Shown here: one piece after another, positions 9,466-19,000 of the stretch
Position numbering within the stretch: position 1 is the stretch's first letter
How the letters are laid out: every line of letters begins with the position of its first letter
Origin: Longimicrobiales bacterium
GTDB lineage: Bacteria; Gemmatimonadota; Gemmatimonadetes; Longimicrobiales; Gaopeijiaceae
Assembly (NCBI GenBank): GCA_965198065.1
Contig: CBDAON010000004.1
Span: forward strand, 480,001 to 544,000
DNA: 64,000 nucleotides
Direction: 5' to 3'
Made by a program: the position numbers and the translations under genes
Notes under the pieces: generated by a model
What the model was told of the DNA's origin: nothing
Databases searched by the model: none
The model's input: only the letters and a program-made list of their open reading frames with translations

Positions 9466-12257
9466 GCAGCCAACCTCTCGTTCAACTCACCCAGCACGAC
9501 TGTGAGCTGGGCACCGAAGACCTGGTGCGCCTTCCCGAGCCCACCCATCTGACTGAAGGGCACCTCTTGGAAGTCGTCCTGCTCGATGCTCAGAGCATTC
9601 GCGATGTGGTCCTTGATGGCGTCTAACCAGAGTCCCTGCTCGGGCGTAAAGACTAAGCCTGTCGCCTCCTTCTCCCCTCTCCACTCCCGATACCGCGATT
9701 CAACTGTCTCAGCGACAGGCTCGAGGGGCTGCTCGGGTGTGATCGCGTGCTTTATGATGGCCACAAGGTCGACGAGGGCGTTCCCTCTTGCCCCTGTCAC
9801 GCTCTGGGGCTCTACGGCGGTGTACATGGACCAGAGCTGGTTGATAGGGTCGTGCAGGGACAGTGGCGGCTTCTTCAGTTCCTCAGCCAGTTTCTTGACG
9901 TGTCGGTATCGCAGACCAGCACGATACGGCCGAGAGTAGAGGATCTGGAGGGCTTCGATCTCGTCTTTGTTATCCTCGATGAACTGCCTGAAGTTGGCGA
10001 GCTTCGAGCGGGCGTCGTCGAGAGCGGCCTGATCATACTCAGCCCGTATCAATTCGTCCTGGGTGAGCTCGTCGATGACCTGTTCGAGGATCCGTCGGAC
10101 GTTCAGGATCGTGTCACGCAGCTCAGGCCGATGGAACGGCTTCAACGCCTCCGTCATCTCCTCGCGTTCGACCTTGGCGAGCTGCTTCTCAGTTGGCGCC
10201 TGTTCCTCGGTCAGATCGAACTTCCGTACGGTCAGCTCTCGCGTTCGGTCAGGATCGATACTGGCGAGGAGATTGGCTGCGAGCGTCCCCGGTTCGCTGC
10301 CGTCCGCCTGCTCCGCTATCTCGGATCGCTGCTCGTCTCCTATCTGCCTGTCGAGCCGTGTCAGCCGAGACGCTAGGGTCGAGACGATGTCAGCGTGGAC
10401 GATCCCTTGGGCAACCTGCTGGAGGATTTTGTCAAGCCCGACAGTCGGCTGCCGATCGAACGGCTTCGACAACGACTTGTCGTTCTCACAGACGCCAACC
10501 GCATCCACAACCACAAAGTGCGTCTTCTGCTTCGCGTCGGGCGTCACGCTCTGAAGGTCGTTGGGATTGATGATGCGTACCCCTCGGCCCTTCATCTGCT
10601 CAAAGTACGAGAGCGACCTGATATTCCGCATGAAGAGCAGGCACTCCAATGCCTTCACATCCGTGCCCGTCGCGATCATGTCCACCGTAACCGCGATGCG
10701 CGGGTTGAACGAGTTTCTGAATTGGGCCAGCAGGTCCTCGGGCGCGACACCCGTTGTCTTACTCGTGATCTTCTGGCAGAACTCGTTGCCCTTGCCGAAC
10801 TCCTCTCGGATGATATTGACGATATCCTCGGCATGGTTGTCGGTCTTGGCGAAGACGAGTGTCTTGGGGACTTCAGTGCGACCGGGGAAAATCTCAGTCG
10901 GAAGCCGGTCCCTGAAGGTTCGTACGACAAGTCGAATCTGATCTTCGGCGACCACATCGCGGTCGAGTTGGGTCGAGCTATAGGTGAGGTCATCCTCCAG
11001 TTCCTTAAGCGTCCGCTCCTTCGTGCGCCTATCTCGATGCGGCACGTAGGTGCGAGCACTGATCCGGCCGCCCTGCTGCGTGATTTTCGTATCGATGCGG
11101 TACACCGAGTATCCAACGTTCACCCCATCGGCTACTGCTCGTTCGTGCGAATAGTCCTGCACGACGTTGTTCTTGAAAAAGCCAATGGTCTGGGGCGTCG
11201 GCGTCGCTGTAAGGCCGATGGTGAAGGCGTCGAAGTAGTCGAGCACCTGGCGCCAGACGTTGTAGATCGAGCGGTGACACTCGTCCACTACAACGAAGTC
11301 GAAGGTCTCGATGGGCACGCTCGGGCTGTACTCCACGGGCACAGGGTCTTTCGTCGCAGGGCTGCCCGACTCGAACATCGAGCCCTCCTCGCGCTCCGCC
11401 TCGAACTCTTCGTCGCCCCTCAGGATTGCGTACAGCCGCTGGATCGTCGTGATGATCACCTTGCTAGCGGGGTCGATGGCGTTGCCTCTTAGGTGCTGAA
11501 CGACGTATTCGTTTGTGAAAGAGTCGTTCGTCTGGGGGCTGACGAACTGCTGGAACTCGTTCAGCGTCTGTCGGGCCAGGTTGTTGCGGTCCACCAGGAA
11601 TAGGATCCGCTTTGCCTTTCCAAACTTGATGAGGCGGTAGCAAAACGAGCACGCCGTGTAGGTCTTGCCGCTCCCGGTGGCCATCTGGATGAGTGCGCGC
11701 GGGCGGTTTGCCGCAAGGGACCGCTCTAGGTTCGTGATGGCTTCGCGTTGGACCGGCCATAGCCGCCCAGGCTCCAGCACCGGCATCTCGCGCAGGTTGC
11801 TGCGCAGTTGGCACTGGAGCTCTACCAACCGCTTCAGCTCCTCCGGACTGTGGAACGTGAAGACTTCTCGGCTCCGGTGGTCGGGGTCTAGGCCGTTCGT
11901 GAAGTGGGTGATCTTGCCCGTCGACTCATACGCGAACGGTAGGGGCAACCGGTAGTTCGGGATCCCCTCGGGGAGACCCTCGGTGTACCGTTTGGACTGG
12001 GGTTCGACGCCTCTCAGCGGATACCCTGCCGGCTTCGCCTCGACGACCCCGATCGCGCGTCCGTCGGCGTAGAGCAGGTAGTCGGCGGACCCAGTGCAGG
12101 TCTTCGCGCCTTCCTTCCACCTGAGCGGATACTCCCGAACAGCCACGCCGAGCCCCGCATGGATGTTCATGGACGTGAAGTCCTGAACCACCCATCCGCA
12201 GGCTTCGAGCTGCTCGTCGATCTCCTCGCGGGCTAGCTGTTCAGGAGTCAGTGGCAC
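9462..12257 (-). CDS. hsdR: Type I RM restriction subunit (EcoKI/EcoEI-like)
   Basis: ADY...VVEAK nuclease motif; MATGSGKT, DECHRS, LTAT, QMKGRG helicase motifs. Confidence 0.95.
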   Translation of the reverse strand: MPLTPEQLAREEIDEQLEACGWVVQDFTSMNIHAGLGVAVREYPLRWKEGAKTCTGSADYLLYADGRAIGVVEAKPAGYPLRGVEPQSKRYTEGLPEGIPNYRLPLPFAYESTGKITHFTNGLDPDHRSREVFTFHSPEELKRLVELQCQLRSNLREMPVLEPGRLWPVQREAITNLERSLAANRPRALIQMATGSGKTYTACSFCYRLIKFGKAKRILFLVDRNNLARQTLNEFQQFVSPQTNDSFTNEYVVQHLRGNAIDPASKVIITTIQRLYAILRGDEEFEAEREEGSMFESGSPATKDPVPVEYSPSVPIETFDFVVVDECHRSIYNVWRQVLDYFDAFTIGLTATPTPQTIGFFKNNVVQDYSHERAVADGVNVGYSVYRIDTKITQQGGRISARTYVPHRDRRTKERTLKELEDDLTYSSTQLDRDVVAEDQIRLVVRTFRDRLPTEIFPGRTEVPKTLVFAKTDNHAEDIVNIIREEFGKGNEFCQKITSKTTGVAPEDLLAQFRNSFNPRIAVTVDMIATGTDVKALECLLFMRNIRSLSYFEQMKGRGVRIINPNDLQSVTPDAKQKTHFVVVDAVGVCENDKSLSKPFDRQPTVGLDKILQQVAQGIVHADIVSTLASRLTRLDRQIGDEQRSEIAEQADGSEPGTLAANLLASIDPDRTRELTVRKFDLTEEQAPTEKQLAKVEREEMTEALKPFHRPELRDTILNVRRILEQVIDELTQDELIRAEYDQAALDDARSKLANFRQFIEDNKDEIEALQILYSRPYRAGLRYRHVKKLAEELKKPPLSLHDPINQLWSMYTAVEPQSVTGARGNALVDLVAIIKHAITPEQPLEPVAETVESRYREWRGEKEATGLVFTPEQGLWLDAIKDHIANALSIEQDDFQEVPFSQMGGLGKAHQVFGAQLTVVLGELNERLAA

Positions 12258-12450
12258 GGGAATGCATTCTCTTTTGGGGTTGTTTCAGGAGCTCAAGGAT
12301 TCTTCGAGAGTCGGGTGCTGGGGCTGTTCGTGAGACGGACGAAGGGGGCGGGGAGTTGGGCCCCTGGAGGAGAAGCTGACGAATCTCGAGACGGCCACGA
12401 CGACGGCCGGCCTTGAGGTGACGACGCTGCTTCGCGAGCAAGTGGCTGGA

Positions 12451-12738
12451 TCACGCCGCCACAAAACTCTCCACCGCGATCTCCTCGGCGCGGCCGCGGG
12501 CCTGCCAAAGATCGTAGGCCATCTGCATCCCCAGCCAGGTCTCGGGCGTCGAGCCGAAGGCCTTAGACAGCCGTATCGCCATCTCTACCGAAACCCCCGT
12601 GCGCTCGTTCACCAACTCCGAAAGCGCCTGCCGGGTAACGCCCAACCCTTCGGCAGCACGGGTCACGGTCAGACCCAGGGGTTCGAGGCATTGCCGCTTC
12701 ACGATACCGCCCGGATGCGGAGGGTTGTGCATCGCCAT
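12451..12738 (-). CDS. higA: HigA-family antitoxin (XRE HTH)
   Basis: PPHPG...LGLTVT.AA..LGVTRQALS.LVN...S.EMAIRLSKAFG.TPE.WL.MQ..YDL. Confidence 0.93.
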   Translation of the reverse strand: MAMHNPPHPGGIVKRQCLEPLGLTVTRAAEGLGVTRQALSELVNERTGVSVEMAIRLSKAFGSTPETWLGMQMAYDLWQARGRAEEIAVESFVAA

Positions 12739-12751
12739 GATCAGCTCCTCC

Positions 12752-13030
12752 TCAGTGATAATCCACGTAGTTCACATCGACCGCCGCGCCGTCCTCGAAC
12801 CGGAAGGTCACGCGCCAGTTGCCGGATACCGAAACCGCGTAGTGCCCCTTCAGCGGCCCCTTGAGTGCGTGTAACCGGAACCCCGGCAGACTCATGCCCT
12901 CCGGCCCCCGGCTGAAATCGAGTGCCGCCAGGATGTCCCGCAACCTGCCTACATGCTCCGGCGCGACTCGCTGTGCCGTCCTTCCCTCATAGAGCGCCTT
13001 CAGCCCCCGGTGGCGGAACGATGCAATCAC
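12752..13030 (-). CDS. higB: HigB toxin (RelE superfamily)
   Basis: MI.SFRH.GLK.LY...LHALKG.LKG..AVSVSGNWRVTFRF...VDYH; toxin precedes antitoxin. Confidence 0.92.
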   Translation of the reverse strand: MIASFRHRGLKALYEGRTAQRVAPEHVGRLRDILAALDFSRGPEGMSLPGFRLHALKGPLKGHYAVSVSGNWRVTFRFEDGAAVDVNYVDYH

Positions 13031-13036
13031 TGCGGA

Positions 13037-13065
13037 ATTCTAGTCCGTCGCCTGTCAAATGACAA
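13037..13065 (-). promoter_or_regulatory. sigma70-type promoter of higBA, probably leaderless
   Basis: TTGTCA-17 nt-TAGAAT, 6 nt before the GTG; overlaps the palindrome TGTCAaaTGACA (candidate operator). Confidence 0.65.
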
Positions 13066-13335
13066 TTGGCGATCCCAGATGCGGTCGGTTCACACGGTAG
13101 TGCGGCGGCCTTCTCATTCGGACAGCTAACACCGGGGCTGATCCGCCACGATGCGTTCAGAACGTCGTTCCCTATCCCGCTCCCCAGCGGGTACGCGGCG
13201 CCGGGGCGCCCGAGCCCGTATGCAGCGGTAGCCGTTCGGGTCACTCCCAGCAACGGCAGCTTGGCGACCCTTTCCTCCGCGGGCTGCTAGGAGTCGCCAC
13301 AGCTTTGCGCGGCTCCCTCGGTGTACTTCACGCGT

Positions 13336-13461
13336 CCGTTGGCGGAGCCCGGTCCGCCTCTAGTACGTCGCTGGAACACCTGGGACATCGCCTCTTTGCC
13401 CGTTGTTGACACAGCAAAAAGCAGCCTCCTCAATGTACGGGTATGGCGATTTTGACGGCCC
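13336..13461. repeat. Diverged ~126-bp direct repeat, copy B (partner at 4362-4488), just upstream of the oriT/mobC region
   Basis: Near gap-free alignment with copy A. Confidence 0.8.
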
Positions 13462-13469
13462 AGTGTTCC

Positions 13470-13600
13470 GAGCGTCGGCGGGCGAGTTTGGCCGCTACGG
13501 CGGGAGAGCCAGCCTACCCTTTGGGGCCACGCTTCGCGGGTCCCCGGCAGGGGCTGGCGGGGGGCCGTGCCCCCTCTGACCCCCCCAACGGCAACGGCAC
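13470..13600. other. Putative oriT region
   Basis: Directly upstream of mobC; GC-rich inverted repeats (GGGGGCCGTGCCCCC); minus-strand GTAGGCTGGCT resembles the ColE1 nic CTGG^CT. Confidence 0.4.
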
Positions 13601-13942
13601 ATGAGGGGCGCTGGACGCGACGTGTGGGTGAAGCTCCGCGCCAGCGAGGCGGAGCGTGCCGAGTGGCACGCGAAGGCGCGCTCTGCAGGGTTGACGCTGT
13701 CGGATCTGGTGCGCCGGTCGGTGGGCCGGGTGCGCACCTGGACCGTGGCGCACGCCGAGGTGGAGCGAGAGCGGACCCGCGAGCTGGCGCGGATCGGGGC
13801 GAACCTGAACCAGATCGCCCGCTGGGCCAATACCTTCAAAGCGAACGCCGAGACCGTCGAGATCGTCGCCCACCTGGTCGCCATCGAGCGGGCGCTCGCA
13901 GCGTTGGCCCCCGTCGTCCGCCCCGACGCCGATGCACATTAA
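13601..13942 (+). CDS. mobC: MobC/MbeC relaxosome accessory protein (RHH)
   Basis: A..AGLTLSDLVR; ELARIGANLNQIAR.AN motif. Confidence 0.92.
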   Translation: MRGAGRDVWVKLRASEAERAEWHAKARSAGLTLSDLVRRSVGRVRTWTVAHAEVERERTRELARIGANLNQIARWANTFKANAETVEIVAHLVAIERALAALAPVVRPDADAH

Positions 13943-15431
13943 GTTCTTGGCCCGCGGAACCGGCTCGGCCCGGGAGGCGGCCGACTACCTCCTCGGGGTG
14001 CGGGACGCGACGGGGCAACTGCGCGAGGGCGTGGAGGTCCTCCAGGGGGATCCCCATCGGGTGGCCGCGGTGGCCGACGCGCTGGCGTTCGAGCACAAGT
14101 ACACGTCGGGCGTGATCGCCTGGGCACCGGACGACACTCCGAGCGACGCGCAGATCGGCGCGGTCATCGATGCCTTTGAACAGACGGCCTGGGCGGGGCT
14201 CGAGCCCGACCGCTACGCCTGGGCGGCCGTGGTGCATCGGGAGCGCGACGGCGGCGTTCACGTGCATGTCCTCGCCGCGCGATGCGACCTGGAGACCGGC
14301 CGGAGCCTCAACATCGCGCCGCCGGGCTGGCAGAAGACATTCGACCCGCTCCGCGACGCCTTCAACGCCGAGGAGGGCTGGAGCCGGCCGGATGACCCGG
14401 CGCGGGCGCGGGTGCAGCAACCCGGGCACCGCGCCTACGTCGAGGCGGCGCACCTGCGTGCCGGCCTCGCGCTCGAGCCCGCCCCCCGCGACCTGATCCG
14501 GGACTACCTGCTCCAGCGTGTCGAGCACGGCACGGTACGGAATAGGGCCGATATCGTCGCCGCCCTGCGGGAGGCGGGCCTGGAGGTGCCGCGCCAGGGC
14601 CAGGACTACCTGACGGCTCTGGATCCCACGACGGGGGACCGGTGGCGTCTGAAAGGAGAGGTGTACGCACATGACTTCAAACGCGAACGACTTGACCGAG
14701 CGATTGCGCAGACGGCTGGAGAGCGAACGCCAGGCGATCGAGGAATTGACCGCGAGCGAGCTCGAGCGGCTCGGCGCGAACTCCAGGCGCGTTGCGAGCA
14801 ACGCGCTACGTACCATCGAACGCAATACGGCGGTGGCGACCGGGCGGATGCGCGCGCTCCTGCTCAAGGCCTGGCTCCGGCCCCTGGTAGTCGGCCTGAG
14901 CCTCTGGCTCGGCATCTGCGGCGGGAGCTGGGCGACGCTGCACTGGCTGTCGACGCGCATCCAGGCCCGGATCGAGACGGCCGCCGCCCTCGACCTGGAT
15001 ATCGGGGAGGCACGCCAGACCCTGGCGCGGCTCGAGGCGACCACCTGGGGAATCGCGCTTCGGGAGATCGAGGGGGAGCGGTTCGTGGTGCTGCCGGCCG
15101 GCGCGCTCGCCTATCCGCCTTGGACCGTGGACACTCGGCCGGCCGTGAAGCTATCGAACGAGTGAAGGAGCTCTATGACCGCGTTAGAACAGCAGTTGAC
15201 GAAGGCCTTGCGGGCGTTGTCCGCGCAGTACGAGCAGGCGCAGCAGCAGCACGCCGCGCAGGTCGAGACCTTGCGGCGGCAGGTCGAAGCCTTGGAGCGG
15301 CAGGTCGCGCAGCTCAGCGGGCAAGCGACATACTTGGCCCGGGACTACAGGACGCTCGCCGAGACGTTGCGCGGGCGCTGGAGCTGATGCGCCAGCGGGG
15401 GCGAGAGCGCGATCATGGTCCGAGCCGCTAA
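13932..15431 (+). CDS. mobA: MOBP (ColE1 MbeA-like) relaxase
   Basis: MHIKF..RGTGS...AADYL (catalytic Y), YTSGVIAW, H......HVH, DLETGRSLN; C-terminal RERDHGPSR tail. Confidence 0.9.
   Translation: MHIKFLARGTGSAREAADYLLGVRDATGQLREGVEVLQGDPHRVAAVADALAFEHKYTSGVIAWAPDDTPSDAQIGAVIDAFEQTAWAGLEPDRYAWAAVVHRERDGGVHVHVLAARCDLETGRSLNIAPPGWQKTFDPLRDAFNAEEGWSRPDDPARARVQQPGHRAYVEAAHLRAGLALEPAPRDLIRDYLLQRVEHGTVRNRADIVAALREAGLEVPRQGQDYLTALDPTTGDRWRLKGEVYAHDFKRERLDRAIAQTAGERTPGDRGIDRERARAARRELQARCEQRATYHRTQYGGGDRADARAPAQGLAPAPGSRPEPLARHLRRELGDAALAVDAHPGPDRDGRRPRPGYRGGTPDPGAARGDHLGNRASGDRGGAVRGAAGRRARLSALDRGHSAGREAIERVKELYDRVRTAVDEGLAGVVRAVRAGAAAARRAGRDLAAAGRSLGAAGRAAQRASDILGPGLQDARRDVARALELMRQRGRERDHGPSR
14671..15165 (+). 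CDS. mobB: MbeB/MobB-like protein nested in the relaxase gene (alternative frame)
   Basis: GGAGAGG RBS; coiled coil, one TM helix, then WGI.L.E..G.RF.VLP; ColE1-like position. Confidence 0.75.
   Translation: MTSNANDLTERLRRRLESERQAIEELTASELERLGANSRRVASNALRTIERNTAVATGRMRALLLKAWLRPLVVGLSLWLGICGGSWATLHWLSTRIQARIETAAALDLDIGEARQTLARLEATTWGIALREIEGERFVVLPAGALAYPPWTVDTRPAVKLSNE
15175..15387 (+). CDS. mobD: MbeD/MobD-like coiled-coil protein nested in the relaxase gene
   Basis: AAGGAG RBS; MTALEQQLTKAL..L...Y resembles the MbeD N-terminus. Confidence 0.75.
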   Translation: MTALEQQLTKALRALSAQYEQAQQQHAAQVETLRRQVEALERQVAQLSGQATYLARDYRTLAETLRGRWS

Positions 15432-15547
15432 TGGTTCTAGGCAGCCAATCGGCGCTCGAACAGGTCCGTTCGCTCGACAACCTCGTCCACGGGCGTCTTC
15501 GATCGCCCCATGGATTCCCGTTCAGAAAGAGGGATGGATTGAGGGGA

Positions 15548-15760
15548 TCAGCGTGGGTTCTCTTCGACGGCTACGCCCTGCGCGATGAGGGCATGGACGG
15601 AGCGGCGCACCTTCTCGGTGTAGCACCCCAGAAACCTCGTCCACTGCGCCCGGGTGAAGACGCCGCCGTGGAGACTGGCCAGGACGATCCATTCGGCCCG
15701 GCGTCCCGTCCAGCCCAAGCGCTCCAGCGCCTTCTCGCGTCCCTTCGGATGGGCGATCAT
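15548..15760 (-). pseudogene. Truncated hypothetical protein of mobile-element type (MIAHPKGREKALERLGWTGRRAEWIVLASLHGGVFTRAQ...)
   Basis: Protein-like sequence with a plausible wHTH-like pattern; ends abruptly. Confidence 0.4.
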
Positions 15761-16013
15761 CGCTGCCGCTTTCTCCCTGTGACCCTGCCTGGTTGGCAGG
15801 ACATCGTGCCGCAAGGACTTCAGCGCGAAGACGGGGAGAGAAGCAGAGAGATGAAGGGTGGAACGATGAGAGGATATGAAGTTGAACGGAACGCGTCGTC
15901 GCTGGCGAGAGTGGGGAAGTCGGGTTGAGACGGTCAAGTCTGATCCCAAGGCGGTCGGGCGGACGACTTGGCCATGGTGGCTCAGTTAGGAAGCAGCGCT
16001 GTCCAGGCCGATG

Positions 16014-19000
16014 TCATACGATACCCTCAAGGGCATAACGCCGATCCAGGTACGGGTGCGCAAATTGGTTGCGGTAGCTGCGCAGGCAACCGTAGCAGCT
16101 CGAGTCGCAGCCGCAGTTTCCCTGAACTCGCTGCCTCGCGTTGGCGAGTATTTCGTCGAATAGAATCTCCTGCTCCATTTGGGCCACCAGCCCGGCGCCG
16201 CCGGGCACGTTGTCGTACAGCACGATGGCGGACTCGCCGGGATTGGTTCCGACAGCGATCGTTACGTTCAGGTCCGTGTCCGGAACGTCCAGAGTTTCCG
16301 CCGCGCCGAGTAGCATCGCATACGCGACCGAATAAGCGGCCCACTCGCCGTGCAATCCCGAAAACTGCAGACGCACGACATCGGTCACCAGTTCGTGGCC
16401 CAGCGAGAACCGTCCCAGCGTCCCGCTGCATGGAGAGTCCGACGGTGAATTGTGCGTCGCCTTGGGCTCGGTCATATGCGCACCGCAAGAACGGCAGATA
16501 AGGAAACCCTCCCGCTTCCTGCCCTCGCAAAGGATAACGAGGGTCCCGGGTTGAGCCTTTGTTACCTGGACGCCGGAGAGGTACGTGGTTTCGGGTAGGT
16601 CATCGTCGTCAAAGCCTCGAAAGAACGGTCGCGTCGTATACAGGCGACGCGCTCGCCCGTGCGGCTCCTTCGGTTGCTTGAAGAGCGGCGTTACGAACCC
16701 GAACTCCGGTATCAGGTACTTTCGTACATTGGGCGGTGCGGTCGGATCGCCTTCGTTCCATTGCTTGAAACTGCGCGCGTCGTCGTATCGATAATGCCGA
16801 ACGGGCCATTCCTTACCGGAGACCTTCTTCACGCCGCAGGATTCCCACTCCAGTTTCCTGGCCACCACCTTGCCGCCGGGGGCATATTCGGCGATGGCCT
16901 GCGACAAATCCCGCTGGAGCGCAACGCCCGTGCGGTTGCCGTCCTGGGGACGAGTATCGAGTTCGACGACATCCACGGGAAACCCGTACTTCGGGATGAC
17001 CGCCTTGCGGGACAGAAAATTAAGCGTCTGCTCGCCGGCGATGGTCTTCATACGGGCTTCCACTCTGTTCGTGCCTTTGCGCCGGTTGAACAGATCCTGC
17101 CGGTGGCGCTCCATGTCGACATAGTCCGAGCACACTTCCATCTCCACGGCAGCAAGCCGACTGTCGGACCCCGCAACCTGCTCAGTCCATGTGTCCGCAG
17201 CGAGTCCGGTGCTCTTGTGCAGGAGCTTGGGAACGATCTCGCGCAGTGACGCCGCCAATGCGCTGTTGTTCTCGCAGAATGCCCTCAGGTCCAGCGTTGC
17301 GCGTGGGCTCTGCCAGTCCCCAACCAAGTCCTGTACACGGTTGAATCGCATGGCGTTGCTGCCGAATCTGAAGAAGGCGGACAGGGCGGTGGCCACCATG
17401 TGCCGTAGGACGATCTTCTCGTTCGTCAACCGCAGGCGCGGCGGGTGCACCGCGCCACGGATCACCCGATGTTCTGGATCTTCGTAGTGATACAGGTCAT
17501 GGGGATTCCGGCGGCAGTAGGTCAGAGCCAAGCCTGGCGTGGCCGCTCGCCCCGCCCGCCCCACGCGTTGCGTGTAGTTGAAGGGCTCCGGCGGCACGTT
17601 GCGCAGAAACACCACATCGAGATCGCCGAGATCGACGCCGACCTCGAACGTCGTCGACGAGCTGAGCAGGTGGATCTTGCCCTTCTTAAACCGGTCCTGC
17701 AGTCGGCGCGCCTCGTCGCTGTCAATCTGGGCGGTATGCTCTTCCGCGCTCAGCGCCGGGGGAAGGTCCAAGTCGTCGTAGAGAATCCGATAGTGATTCT
17801 CCTGGAGACGCTCCTGGTTGGCGGGCGTCAGGTCGCCCGGACAACCATTGCGGGGACAGACACCGCGGATGTTGTAGGTGCTCAGGGTTGCGCAGGTGCC
17901 GCATTCCCAGACTGCTGCGGGATGAGCGGGCTTGATGCGCAGCCAAACCGGATCGATCCGAAACGTCCCGTTCGCCGTTCCGCGCGAAAGGATCGGATCG
18001 TCCGGATCATGCCGCAACGCCGTCCACACCTCGTCCATGAGCCCGGTTGATTCCGACCGCTTCTGTTCCGCTGACAGGCCGGAGTCCGCGAGCAACCGGT
18101 CCAGGAAATGGCTGACGACTGCGGACTGAGGGCCGCCCCATTGCAGAACGCCCCGCCGCCTGCCTGGCGGTCCCTTGCAGTACGCCTGCTGTGGCCAAGG
18201 CGACACGTCGGACCATGCGAGCGACGGTCGTGGCGGCAGATTCATGGCTCGGCGCGGGCGCAACTCGTCCAGCAGGTAGCCGATCAGGCCGCGTGCCTCT
18301 TCCTCCTGGAAACTCCAGGGCGGGTGTAGCATGGATTGCGGCAAACGCAACGAATCTGGTATGGCAACGAACCACTTTACGAGGCCGACGCCGCTCAAGG
18401 ACAGCCTCCTTTCGTCCGTCACCGCCTCCCGCAGAATGGCGGTCAGCACCTTCCGGTTCCTGTCCTCGCTGGTGTCGGATGCCTTCAACAGGCCGGCGCG
18501 TTCCCACTGGACGAGCAAACGGCTCTGGAGATCGCTGATGGACATCCCCCCGCGGTCGACCGGCCCCGCCTTAATCGCCCGCAATATGAGGTTCCGGTCG
18601 CGCAGTTTCTCGTACGAATTCTCCGCATACCAAGCGAAGAACGCCGCCTCTTGGCGGCTGTCCGCGAATGCCAGCACCTTGCGCCGGGGCTCTGGGAGCA
18701 GTTCGTGCAGGGCGGTAGCGATAACAGCGTTCGGTCCGTCGGAGCCGTGCACGATCTCTTGTATGGGGTCGCCGATGCCGCCGCGCCGATACTGGCACGC
18801 CTCGCATCGCTTCATTTGATCGGCGTGGTCCTTGTGGTTCTCACACCGTCTCACGCGAACCGTCGCTCCGCATTCGCACGCCGGCGGCGAGCCCGAGAGC
18901 GCACCGCAGCGCCGACACAGAAGTTGGCCCCCGTCCTCAGCTGGCAGATAGTAGTCCACGCCGAAGTCCGAGTGGCTCGGATCGCGGATGGCCTCCCGAA

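Noticed and set aside
13120..13250. attC-like ending (GCAGCGGTAGCCGTTCGGG) upstream of higBA
   Set aside because: No convincing complementary R'' box or stem
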